64,000 nucleotides of DNA from Desulfonatronovibrio sp. (GCA_003566455.1 PXDF01000227.1:19250-83249); one strand, 5' to 3'. Shown: positions 28,547 through 38,349, numbered from the stretch's first letter. The notes: generated from the letters alone by a model not told the origin. Program-made: numbers and translations.

Positions 28547-29854
28547 TTATCTGTCCAGCCGCTGTTCAACACTTCTGGCATGGGCTTCCAGACCCTCCAG
28601 CCTGGCCATGCGCGCGATCTTTGGACCATGTTTGTCAAGATAACGCTTATTGGTTGATAGAATGCTGATATTTTTCTGAAAAGCTTGCACTGACAGGGCC
28701 TGGGAAAACCTGGCCGTGGTCAGGGTGGGCAGGACATGATTAGGTCCGGCAAAATAATCCCCAACAGGCTCAGGAGTGTTGCTGCCCATGAACACCGCTC
28801 CGGCATTCCGGATCAATCCCAGACAGGACCACGGATCTTCAACGCACAGCTCAAAATGTTCAGGGGCGATGCCATTGGCAAGCTCAAGTCCAGTTTCCAG
28901 ATCAGGAACCAGAAAGGAAGCGCCCCAGTCATTGAGGGCCTTGCGGGCGATATCCCCTCTGGGAAGAAGACCTGTCTGTTTTTCAAGCTCTTCCCGGGTG
29001 TTATTGATAAGCCTTTCTTCCGTTGATATCAGATAAGTTCCGGCCAGAGGATCATGTTCCGCCTGAGAAAGCAGGTCCATGGCAATATAGTCCGCCCTGC
29101 CGGTATGATCAGCCAGAACCGCCACCTCGCTTGGACCGGCAATCATATCTATGCCCACCAGGCCCACCAGCATCTTTTTGGCCATGGTCACAAAAATATT
29201 GCCCGGTCCGGCAATTATGTCCACCTGATTGATGGTTTCAGTGCCATAGGCCATGGCGGCGACAGCCCAGGCAGAACCGCACAGATATATTTCATCAATG
29301 CCCAGAATGTGAGCTGTGGCCAGGATATAAGGATTCAGGGTTTTGTCATTTCTTGGAGGTGAAATCACGCATATGGACTCAACCCCTGCCACCCGGGCCG
29401 GGATGGCATTCATGAGCAGACTGGAAATTAGGGGCGTCTCTCCACCCTGTCCGCCGGGCACATAAAGCCCTGCCCTGCCGACAGGAGCCACCATCTGCCC
29501 CATAATGGCCCCGTCAGAATCAGGAAAAAACCAGGAGTTCTGTTTCTGACGCTCATGAAAGGCCCTGATTCTGTCAGCTGCCTCTCGGATTATATCCAGG
29601 TCTTTTTCGTCGACCTCCTGGAGTGATTTTTCAATCAGAGCGGGATCAAGGGATATGTCTTCAGCCTCAAAACCCTCACAGTCAAACTTTTTTGTATACT
29701 CAACAATGGCCCGGTCTCCACTTTCCATGACCTTTTGAAGAATTTCCCGGACAGGTCCTTCTACTGACGGATCAGATTCCATTCTTCCCAGCAGCCACGA
29801 CTTTATAGGTGGCCAGTCGCTTCCTGATGAGTAAGAAAAATTTCTGCCAAACAT
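28547..29854 (-). CDS. hisD: histidinol dehydrogenase
   Basis: HisD motifs (PGGQGGETPLISSLLMN, AGPSEV, SQAEHD). Start moved to the ATG at 29854 after a GGAGAT SD. Confidence 0.95.
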   Translation of the reverse strand: MFGRNFSYSSGSDWPPIKSWLLGRMESDPSVEGPVREILQKVMESGDRAIVEYTKKFDCEGFEAEDISLDPALIEKSLQEVDEKDLDIIREAADRIRAFHERQKQNSWFFPDSDGAIMGQMVAPVGRAGLYVPGGQGGETPLISSLLMNAIPARVAGVESICVISPPRNDKTLNPYILATAHILGIDEIYLCGSAWAVAAMAYGTETINQVDIIAGPGNIFVTMAKKMLVGLVGIDMIAGPSEVAVLADHTGRADYIAMDLLSQAEHDPLAGTYLISTEERLINNTREELEKQTGLLPRGDIARKALNDWGASFLVPDLETGLELANGIAPEHFELCVEDPWSCLGLIRNAGAVFMGSNTPEPVGDYFAGPNHVLPTLTTARFSQALSVQAFQKNISILSTNKRYLDKHGPKIARMARLEGLEAHARSVEQRLDR

Positions 29855-30009
29855 ATTATCTCCGGAACAAAATGTTGTGATATTGGGGGGACAGGTCGAA
29901 GCAAAAAGCACAATATCGAACTATAGGATGGATCAAAATATTAATCAAGAAAAAGGAGCCTGTCTGATATTTTTCTTATCTGTCCTGAGATAACGATTGC
30001 AAATTCCAA

Positions 30010-31965
30010 CTAAAAACCGGTTTTTGCCAGCACAGCACTCTTCCCGGGAACATCCGGCATAAGAGAAGTTATCCTGGTGGGCTGAATCCCAAGGCGCTTT
30101 TCATAAATCACCTTGTAGGTAAATATCTTTTCCACGTAATCTCTTGTTTCAAAAAACGGGATATTCTCAACCCAGATATCAGCGGCAATGGTCTGGTCAT
30201 CAGGCAGCCATGAACTGACCCTGTTTGCTCCGGCGTTATAAGCGGCAGTTGCCAGTACCGGATTTCCCTGGAACTCATCCAGGCGTTTCTTCAGGTAAAA
30301 GGTCCCGAAACGGATATTGGTTTCCGGGCTCAGAAGCATGTTAGGATTCCTGAAAGCTTCTCCCATGATGGATGCAATCAGCCTGCCCGTGGCTGGCATT
30401 ATCTGCATGATCCCCAGGGCACCTGCAGGTGAACTGACATCGGGCATGAACATGCTCTCCTGTCTGATCAGGGCAAATACCCAGGTGGGCTCAAGGTCTC
30501 TCAACCTGGAATAATTGATTATAAAATCGGGATAGGAAACCGGAAATCTGAGAATGAGATCAGCAAATTCACGGGCATTGGCTGCGGCAACTATTGCCCG
30601 GTCATGCCAGCCCATGTCGTGGGCCAGCAAAGCCGCGGCCCGCATATTTTCCGGGCTCTTGCCGGAAAGAGAGCTGTTCCATTCCCTTCGCGCGTCAACC
30701 ATACGTTCCAGATAAAATAATTCCCTGGCCCTCATTATTCCCGGCTCTCGCTTTATGTTCAGGACATCATTTTCATGGGATGAAATAGGCCTGTGCTCAA
30801 TGCGGTAGGACTGGTCAACCCTGTCCGCTGCCAGCAGGGAAAAGTAATTCTGCCTGCCCAGTATGCTCTGATAAAGGGCGGCAGCTTCATGCGCCAGCCC
30901 CATTTCCTCAAGAATCCTTCCTCGCCAGTAAATCCAGCGCGCAGAGTTTTTATCTGAATCATCCAGACTTTCCAGGGCAGATAAAGCCTCCTGCCAGTTC
31001 TTCTGATAAAGGGCGTTTCTGACATGCCACTGTCTGAGTCTTGAAGTGACAATATCAGCATCCAGACTGTTTATATATTCCAGGGTTTCAGGGTGCTTTC
31101 TCAGGGCAAGGTAAATGGCAAGTTCCTGTTTGACCGCGGACGTGTCCATGGATTCAAGATCATACCTTTTCTCCAGTTCCCCCCACTGCTCAAGTGCCTT
31201 TTGGGTGTCCCCCCTTATGAGGATGCTCATTCCCTGGAAAAGAATCTTTTCCGCGACGAAATGATCCTTGTCCGGCCAGTTGACTTCCAGGGTTTTTATT
31301 GGCCGGTTGATTACTTCCAGCCAGAGATCAAGCCAGGGCTGTTCCTCGCCGGGCAAATATCTTTTCAGGTATGCAGCCAGTGATGTCCGGCCCTGGTCAA
31401 TAGCCAGTTCAATCCTTTGCCAGACCAGACCGGTTGTAAGATTGCCGCTGCTTCTCCAGCCGTCAAATACCGGATCGCATTCCTTGGGCCTGGAATTTCC
31501 GTGCAGCCAGAGCCTTTCTGCCTCTTTCCATGCTTTTTCGGTCCGGCCTGTTTCCATTAGAGCTCTGGCGTATGAGCATTGCAGGGATTGCGTGGGATGA
31601 CCGCGGTAATCCCTGGCCAGCTTATGCCAGTGCCTGTCTGCGGCCAGATGGGCCAGCCAGTCCTGTCTTAATCTGTCTGCCAGCGGAGTTGAGCTGTATT
31701 CGTCCAAAAACGCCAGGATCCGTTCTTCATGCTCAAGAGAGACATTTTTGCGGATCTGCTCATATACAAGATATGGATATAGAGGATAATCAGCAAGCTT
31801 TGCAAGGAGCTCATTGAATTCCTGAATGCGGCCTTTTTTCAAAGCCTTTTCAGCAGCCAGAAAATCCTGCCTTTGCTGTTCAAAATCTGCTCCTGCGGGG
31901 TGTGAAATTATTAAAGTCAAAAGCGCCACTGAAAGTACAAAAAGAATAGAAAGCCTGTTCAGCAT
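30010..31965 (-). CDS. slt: soluble lytic murein transglycosylase (Slt70-like)
   Basis: Signal peptide, a long superhelical N-terminal region and a C-terminal SLT domain (IRQESMF...GIMQIMP...AAYNAG). Confidence 0.85.
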   Translation of the reverse strand: MLNRLSILFVLSVALLTLIISHPAGADFEQQRQDFLAAEKALKKGRIQEFNELLAKLADYPLYPYLVYEQIRKNVSLEHEERILAFLDEYSSTPLADRLRQDWLAHLAADRHWHKLARDYRGHPTQSLQCSYARALMETGRTEKAWKEAERLWLHGNSRPKECDPVFDGWRSSGNLTTGLVWQRIELAIDQGRTSLAAYLKRYLPGEEQPWLDLWLEVINRPIKTLEVNWPDKDHFVAEKILFQGMSILIRGDTQKALEQWGELEKRYDLESMDTSAVKQELAIYLALRKHPETLEYINSLDADIVTSRLRQWHVRNALYQKNWQEALSALESLDDSDKNSARWIYWRGRILEEMGLAHEAAALYQSILGRQNYFSLLAADRVDQSYRIEHRPISSHENDVLNIKREPGIMRARELFYLERMVDARREWNSSLSGKSPENMRAAALLAHDMGWHDRAIVAAANAREFADLILRFPVSYPDFIINYSRLRDLEPTWVFALIRQESMFMPDVSSPAGALGIMQIMPATGRLIASIMGEAFRNPNMLLSPETNIRFGTFYLKKRLDEFQGNPVLATAAYNAGANRVSSWLPDDQTIAADIWVENIPFFETRDYVEKIFTYKVIYEKRLGIQPTRITSLMPDVPGKSAVLAKTGF

Positions 31966-32178
31966 ATTTTTTTTCTCCAGTGATGAATGCCTTTATCAAC
32001 TATCGTAAACATCTCACACAGCACCCTGAAAAGCAAGGATGATTATGGCTGATCTCAAAGGTACAGGCCTGGAAAAAACCTCTAAATAGAGGCGTTTCTT
32101 ACGGATCTGAACCTGTAATTCAAGGTGAATGCCCGGACTCAAATGGCGGGCGGGCGGAAATAACTCTTCTGGCTTGCT

Positions 32179-32775
32179 CTATGGCTTGAATTGACCGCAA
32201 AAACAGCAGATTTCTTGATTGTTCAACCTGTGCAGATAAAGCATCCGGGCTATTCTGAAAACAGTATCATTATCTTTTGGATCAAAAAAATACCTGGTTC
32301 TGTTAGGGTCTATCTCGGCTTCCCGAAGAATTTTATGCACAGCGCTTTTACTTATCTTTTGCAGGGAGGGATGACCCTGCTTTATGCAGTTTCTGCGGAT
32401 ATATGAGGCAAGCCGGGAAAATGTCCAGCGCTGAACATCATAACCCAGATCTGAGGGTCTGGAACATGCAAGATCAATCACCCAGGCTTTGTCTTGGTCA
32501 CTTATCAATGGAGGCCGGCCCGGTCGAGGCAGATCAAACAGAGCGGTCATGACACCTTCGGACAAAGCTTTATCAATACATCGCCCAATTGTTGGCCGGC
32601 TTGTCTGTTCATTTTTTGCGATACTGTTTATACTCTCATTTCTGGAATATCGCAACAGAATACTGGCCCGCTTAACCTGTGCAAAAGGGGCGGTCCGGGA
32701 CTTGCTGATGGATTCCAGTTCCTGGAGTTCATCCGGCTCCAGGTTCAGGGGATCTCTTTTCCTGAAAGATGACAT
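32179..32775 (-). pseudogene. IS630-family transposase remnant (N-terminal HTH part only, no DDE domain)
   Basis: RASILLRYSRNESINSIAK...PRPGRPPLISDQDK...WTFSRLASYI...SKSAVHKILREAEIDPNRTRYF matches the IS630 HTH/winged-helix N-terminus. The ORF ends where the catalytic domain should begin. Confidence 0.65.
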
Positions 32776-33236
32776 GATTGATTTCCTCCTGTTTTTTGGG
32801 TTTACTCCTTCCTATAACCTTATCTTTTGGAAAATGAATCAGGATTAAATGGTCTTGAGCCAGTGTCATGAAATTCTCTTGTCATGAGAAAAACCTGATT
32901 AGTTTGATAAAAAAATAAAGCAAAGCGAGGGTTAAAAGCAGGCTAAACAACGCGATGTCTTTATTTCAGACGCCTGGTCATGCAGGCCAATAATTGATCG
33001 TGAGTGCCGGTTTTTCCAGAACTTCGCAAGGGTCATTGGATACATCTTCAGAAAAGTCCTGTCCGGGTGAAGCTCAATAGATGTTCAGCAACCAAATCAA
33101 TTTGACCAGGCCTTTATTTAGTGTAGTTAATAAAATTTGTGCCTGACTCTTTTATTTATGTCAATAATAAATCTTATGCAGGATCAAGTCCGCCTGGCAG
33201 CACCGGTTTCATTTCCAATGCCCGGTGGAAGTCCAA

Positions 33237-33273
33237 GAAAAAGTCCTGTCTGCAGCTTTATTCTCCAGACAGG
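33237..33273 (-). terminator. rho-independent terminator candidate
   Basis: On the minus strand, cctgtctggagaataaagctgcagacagg is followed by actttttc. It lies 27 nt after the stop of the 33300..33956 ORF. Confidence 0.55.
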
Positions 33274-33299
33274 GCAGTCCCTGGATTGCCCCGTTCCTT

Positions 33300-33956
33300 T
33301 CATTTCAATACCCGTCCGCCGGGTTCTTTCATCTTATGCCTGCCGAGTCTGAGCTCCAGATCAAGCTGTTTCTGATATGATACGGTAAAAATCTCTTCGT
33401 CAAGCCACGGCTTTTTCCTGGTCATAACCCTCTGCCAGCCCGGGGTATTTTCCTGGTACTCCTGATAACCTCTGGCATGCTTGTGCAGAAAGTCAAGCAG
33501 GGCCTGGCGCGGCTTCAGGGTCCGGTCGTCAAGAGTGGTGAGCTGTTTCTGGTTAAGAACAAAAATCAGGCATTTGGCCACAGAGATACTGTCGCAATCA
33601 TTTATCTCCTCACAGGCCCGGGCCATTCTCCGGGTCAGAAATTCAGGTATAGACAGGGCAAGCCCCCAGGTGGTTTTTGTGGAGTCCGGATCAAATACCG
33701 CGTAATACGCCAGGTCATCTTCAGGGAAAAGATCAACTATGGCCGCGATGACCGCCTTTTCCGGATCCTCGTCTGGCTCCGCCAGGACCAGATAGCCAAA
33801 CTCCAGCATCCCCAGGAGCAGAACAGTCTGTCCAGCCGCGGTTGCCCGGGCAGTGTACCATTTAAAACGGATAAGGTCTTTAAAAGGCCTGGACTGGAGA
33901 TAATCTCTGAACTCTTCTTCCAGGTATCCGGGGATAAAAATATGATGTCTGATCAT
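33300..33956 (-). CDS. hypothetical protein (218 aa, no recognisable domain)
   Basis: A long ORF with no competing ORF and a terminator downstream. I see no motif I can name. Confidence 0.5.
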   Translation of the reverse strand: MIRHHIFIPGYLEEEFRDYLQSRPFKDLIRFKWYTARATAAGQTVLLLGMLEFGYLVLAEPDEDPEKAVIAAIVDLFPEDDLAYYAVFDPDSTKTTWGLALSIPEFLTRRMARACEEINDCDSISVAKCLIFVLNQKQLTTLDDRTLKPRQALLDFLHKHARGYQEYQENTPGWQRVMTRKKPWLDEEIFTVSYQKQLDLELRLGRHKMKEPGGRVLK

Positions 33957-34162
33957 GGCTTTTACTCCTGCTGTCAGGAAAATCTTCTATATTGAAAACT
34001 AATCAAAAAACTTCAGAAATGTTATCAGCGGAATCCCCGGGGCTTTTAAGCCTGCGACAGCATTGCTCACGACGATAAGGCTTCAGTATTGGCAGGGAAA
34101 CGGGCTGCATGGTTTTGCCTGAAGGTCTTATGATTCAATGCTAAACTGGTTCATGATTATTG

Positions 34163-34302
34163 CCTGAATTGAGCGATTTTTCCTTTAACTGTCTGATAAG
34201 CCTGTTATTGCGAGTGAGTCTTCGAGCGCGGCAATCTCATAATAAATGGCTGAGATTGCTTCGCTTACCTCGCAATGACATAGAAAAATCGCTCAATTCA
34301 GG
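34163..34302. repeat. MITE-like intergenic repeat, family 1, copy 3 (perfect 20-bp terminal inverted repeats)
   Basis: cctgaattgagcgatttttc at 34163-34182 is the exact reverse complement of gaaaaatcgctcaattcagg at 34283-34302. It has an internal gcaatctca...tgagattgc hairpin. Confidence 0.7.
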
Positions 34303-34308
34303 TATTGG

Positions 34309-35067
34309 TTATGTCGGTTTGACTCCGGCAAATACCTGCATTGGATATTCACCCTCTCCCATGATAAAAGATTCATAAACATTGTCCAGCCCAAACTGTC
34401 TTACTTTAAGGCCAGCGTCCCTGAACAGGTAAAGCCATTGCTCCCGGGAGAAAAGTCCCAGCTTGTGAACATCGTTATAAATGCTCAGCCGGCCGGCCTG
34501 CCTGATCAGATAGACAATAGTGGCTTCATAGGTACAAGGGTCATGCTTCGGGATATAGTTATTCTCAAAAATGGTGACTTCCTTGTCCCCTTTAGTGCCG
34601 GTATAACAAAAATTGTTTTCCCGGAACTCCTCCTGGATTTTTGCCGTGATCAGGAGGACCCCGCCGGGATTCAGATGCCTGTTGGCGGTTTCAATGGCCA
34701 TTTTAAGTTCAGGAAGCGTGGACATGTAGTCAATGCTGTCCGGAATAACAACAGTGTCAAAGCATTCCTTGAGATCAACGCTTCTCATGTCACCCAGCAC
34801 ATAGGCTGCTTCCGGGTTGGTATGCCGGGCGATTTCAAGCATTTTTTCACTGATGTCCACTCCAGTGACTTTAAAGTGTTTCTTGAAGACATAGTCATTA
34901 ATGCCTGCTCCGCAGGCCAGATGAAGCAGTGTTTCCGGCTCAATCTCAGAATGTTCTTTAATGAGTCTGACATAAAATTCTGTTTCCCGGGCATAGTCGC
35001 CTGGAGAAGAAATAATGGATTCAGTCCAGGCAAGATCTCCATAACTGAGCCAGTTATTATTTCGCAT
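34309..35067 (-). CDS. class I SAM-dependent methyltransferase (small-molecule type)
   Basis: Motif I LLHLACGAG and motif post-I VTGVDIS. Start moved to the ATG at 35067 after a GGAGAA SD. Confidence 0.8.
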   Translation of the reverse strand: MRNNNWLSYGDLAWTESIISSPGDYARETEFYVRLIKEHSEIEPETLLHLACGAGINDYVFKKHFKVTGVDISEKMLEIARHTNPEAAYVLGDMRSVDLKECFDTVVIPDSIDYMSTLPELKMAIETANRHLNPGGVLLITAKIQEEFRENNFCYTGTKGDKEVTIFENNYIPKHDPCTYEATIVYLIRQAGRLSIYNDVHKLGLFSREQWLYLFRDAGLKVRQFGLDNVYESFIMGEGEYPMQVFAGVKPT

Positions 35068-35361
35068 TAATTTTCTCCGGTTTTTTGTATGACCAGCTGT
35101 TTTTTGCACGGATATTTTCACTAATAACCACCTGTCCTCTGAATTATATCTTTGTTGCTGCACATTATCCATGATTTTCTCCTGGCGCAAAACTATTTCC
35201 AGCCGGCTGATGGCAGGCTGAAACTGCTCCAGCCATCCGCCTGATCCAGGATATCGACATGAGGGGCATTGTTGACAGTAAACAAAACCTGGATAATAAA
35301 AAAAGTACTCCTTCTGAATTAGCCAGTCATAAACACCAAAAACTAAACAGAATAAATCACC

Positions 35362-37392
35362 ATGGCAAAAATAGAAAAAAGGCTTTCACTGATTCCTTCC
35401 AAAGCGGCTGAACCCCGAACACTATATCTGCAAAAACCCAAAGACTTTGAAAACCTGATATCAGGCTACACAAACATCAAAGCTGTATCATACGTGGCTT
35501 CCCCCAGCCTGGTCTTGTCCATATTTGAAAAGTACGGTTTCAGAAAAATGCTGCTTCTGGTCGGGGAAAACATATCCATCAATCACTATAAAAAGGAACT
35601 GGGCAGCAAACAGATGGACCTGATCAAAAAAATGATGCACCTGGTTCGCGCCCAAAAGCTCACCGTCTATTTTCCCAAAAACAAGACCATCCATTCCAAA
35701 TTCTATATTTTGAACAATGGCGACAACCACAGAGTAATCGTTGGCAGCCCGAATTTCAGCGAAACAGCAAAAAAAGCCATAAAGCAGCACAATTACGTGG
35801 TGTATTGGGATTTAAAATCAAAAGACCAGCTGCTGGAAGCTTTTAACAAGGATTTCACAGCCCATTTAAAAAACTCGGTTCTTTTCCTGGACGATCTGCT
35901 CAAGCTCATCGAAAACCGGGACGAGCCTGAAGAAAAGATCATCCGGACGTGGATTTCTCAAGACGTCGGTGAAATTGCTGACATTGTCGAATCTGAAACC
36001 TCCAGGATATTGTCGGATCTTACCCGGCAAGCCTTGAAGTCTGTTGAGGACCCGGAATCCTCAGGTCAGCAGGAAGCACAGACAGTCGATGAAAAAGGGG
36101 AAATCAGAGTTATCATCCCTTCCGATATTCGGACCAGAGACGGAATAGAAAAAAAGCTCTACCCGCTGAATCCCACAATAGTTGATTCTGAACTGAGACT
36201 GAAACCCAATGTTTTCTCCAGCTTCGTGAAAAAATCATGCGGCATTCCCCTTATGGGCGTGGATAGGCAACTCAAAAAGGTATACCTGCATATGGGCGAC
36301 CATCAGGACCTGTTGTTCATGCCTCCAGAGGACAGAAGCCTGGTTGATCAGGGCCTTGAGTATATTGAAAGCTATGTTGAATCCTACAGGCTGGGCGAAT
36401 GTCTGGATTACAATAAAATTCAGATGAATGTGTTTGAGGCGATTTTATACGTGTTATCCGCCCCCTTCGCGCACGAATTCAAAACAATGAAGAAACAGGT
36501 GGATATGTACTCTCGTGGACCGGAATATCTTTATCTTTACGGACCTTCCTTCAACGGCAAGACAAACTTCCTGCGTTTCTGCCTCAAGCTTGTCACCGGC
36601 AAGAATCTGGAACCCATTTCTCAGGAACATTTCAATAAGTCCAAAATAATGGGCGCCAAGACCTTTGCCACTGTTTTTCCGCTCATGTTCGACGACGTCA
36701 CCATAGGATCCAATCCAACCATTGAAAAAGTCCTTAAAAATTATTGGGAGGTGTGGTGGACGTCTGATCATCCTGTGCCTCAGATAATCATGACCACCAA
36801 CAAGCCCAATCCTCCTGAGTGGGCCAAGACCAGGATCAAGAGAATCAATTTTGATGTCAAATTTGACCAGAAGAACGTTCAGGCCAGCGAAACACTGAAC
36901 CGGATTTTGAATACCCGCTGTGGCTTCTTTAAATTATTTGCCTGGAAATACCTTGATAAACTGAACCAGCCGCTTGATTCCATCAAGGAGTACCTGCTTG
37001 TAGATGAATTAAGTCTGGCCAGAACAGTTTTCAGGGAACTTTATGAATTCACTGACAGGCCAGTGCCGGAATATTTCCCCAGCGTTCCAGTAGATAACAT
37101 TTACGACACAGACAAAATGGAATGGATTGAACTTTTCAGAAACAACGTCCTGACCGAGAACCAGCAGGCCAATAAAGTTATTGTCCAGGCAGATAAAAAT
37201 ATAGCCACCTATGAAGTGGAAAAATTTATGGCCTACCTTCCCCAGGGAGTAAAAGCCAAAAGAAGCGGTCACGTGATTATTATTGAAGGTCGGGAAAAAT
37301 ACCTGGAATGGATGAACCTGTCTCAAAAGGAAAAAGGATTGTGGAAAAGATTTCTGGATAAGTTCACCCCCGCTCGCACCGGTAGATCATAA
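35362..37392 (+). CDS. PLD/HKD-family nuclease domain fused to SF3-helicase-like P-loop NTPase (orphan)
   Basis: The HKD motif H111-S-K113 ...VIVGSPNFS (aa 111-133) is Nuc/NgoFVII/BfiI-like. Walker A is LYGPSFNGKT (aa 392-401), Walker B is LMFDD (aa 441-445), and the SF3 motif C is IIMTTN (aa 475-480). Confidence 0.75.
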   Translation: MAKIEKRLSLIPSKAAEPRTLYLQKPKDFENLISGYTNIKAVSYVASPSLVLSIFEKYGFRKMLLLVGENISINHYKKELGSKQMDLIKKMMHLVRAQKLTVYFPKNKTIHSKFYILNNGDNHRVIVGSPNFSETAKKAIKQHNYVVYWDLKSKDQLLEAFNKDFTAHLKNSVLFLDDLLKLIENRDEPEEKIIRTWISQDVGEIADIVESETSRILSDLTRQALKSVEDPESSGQQEAQTVDEKGEIRVIIPSDIRTRDGIEKKLYPLNPTIVDSELRLKPNVFSSFVKKSCGIPLMGVDRQLKKVYLHMGDHQDLLFMPPEDRSLVDQGLEYIESYVESYRLGECLDYNKIQMNVFEAILYVLSAPFAHEFKTMKKQVDMYSRGPEYLYLYGPSFNGKTNFLRFCLKLVTGKNLEPISQEHFNKSKIMGAKTFATVFPLMFDDVTIGSNPTIEKVLKNYWEVWWTSDHPVPQIIMTTNKPNPPEWAKTRIKRINFDVKFDQKNVQASETLNRILNTRCGFFKLFAWKYLDKLNQPLDSIKEYLLVDELSLARTVFRELYEFTDRPVPEYFPSVPVDNIYDTDKMEWIELFRNNVLTENQQANKVIVQADKNIATYEVEKFMAYLPQGVKAKRSGHVIIIEGREKYLEWMNLSQKEKGLWKRFLDKFTPARTGRS

Positions 37393-37486
37393 ATACCTCA
37401 AGGTCTGTAACATTCTTTAATCTCCAGAGGCACAAGGCGCTGAAGATCCCAGACCATAGAAGCTGAATTGATATTCTTCATCCGAG

Positions 37487-37531
37487 CTTATGTTTACACT
37501 TCGCGTCAAACGCGAAGTGTAAACATAAGCA
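37487..37531. repeat. REP-like palindrome, family 2, copy 2 (perfect)
   Basis: gcttatgtttacacttcgcg-tcaaa-cgcgaagtgtaaacataagc has 20-bp perfect arms and a 5-nt loop. Confidence 0.85.
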
Positions 37532-37655
37532 GTTATGCCGGGGAATAATCCGTTCTGATTCTTATTTGTTTTGCCTGAATATAAACTGGTCCGCCCCCGG
37601 ATCAGAAGATATGCATCCCTGGTTATTCTGAAGCTGTTTATTTTAACCGTTTGTT

Positions 37656-37709
37656 GAAAAAGTCCTTATCGACAGGTGTTCAAAGATTCTCACGCCTTGG
37701 CGTGGAAAG
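37656..37709. repeat. intergenic repeat family 3, copy 1
   Basis: gaaaaagtccttatcgacaggtgttcaaagattctcacgccttggcgtggaaag has the same core as 58531..58585 and contains the hairpin cacgcc-tt-ggcgtg. Confidence 0.55.
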
Positions 37710-37748
37710 TAGCAATTGGGAGATTTTCAACGGTTCTGTCAAGATGCC

Positions 37749-38174
37749 TTACGAGTCTGCCTGATCCGGCTCAACAGGCTTTCGCATCTTTTTTATCCGG
37801 CTCCTTCTGGCCTTGGTGTCCAGGCGTTTCTGCCGTGCTGAACTGGTCGGGATCGTGGGCCTGCGTTTCTTCTTTTCCCTGGTCACGCTTATAATAATCT
37901 CCCTGAGCCTGTTCAGGGCATCTTCCCTGTTTTTCTCCTGCGATCTGCTCCTGCTGGACTTGATGACCACCACACCGTCACTGGTTACCCGCCTGTCCTT
38001 GAGTCTCAAAAGCCTCTGCTTGTAGACCTCGGGCAGGGAGGACGAGCTTATGTCAAAGAAAAGCTGTACAGCTGACGAAACCTTGTTCACGTTCTGTCCG
38101 CCCGGCCCCCGGGACCGGACTGCCTGAAACCTTATTTCAGATTCGCTGATGAATACGTGGTCGGTGATTTTCAC
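37749..38174 (-). CDS. arfB: alternative ribosome rescue factor ArfB (peptidyl-tRNA hydrolase, YaeJ)
   Basis: GGQ motif RSRGPGGQNVNKV plus a basic C-terminal tail. Confidence 0.9.
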   Translation of the reverse strand: MKITDHVFISESEIRFQAVRSRGPGGQNVNKVSSAVQLFFDISSSSLPEVYKQRLLRLKDRRVTSDGVVVIKSSRSRSQEKNREDALNRLREIIISVTREKKKRRPTIPTSSARQKRLDTKARRSRIKKMRKPVEPDQADS

Positions 38175-38349
38175 GGCATTTTATCTCTGCTGGAGCATGT
38201 TCAAAAACCTTTTTGAAAATCAGATCCTGGCAAGCCCTGGAAATTTCTTCCTTCATAAAGACTTTAAGTCAGTTCCCGGATTCATCCGGAATCCATGCGC
38301 AAAAGGATCAACCAGGCAGGGAAAAGATACAACTATCAAAATCCGCGAT

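Noticed and set aside
34438-35070. 210-aa plus-strand ORF
   Set aside because: It is antisense to the methyltransferase, which has clear SAM-binding motifs.
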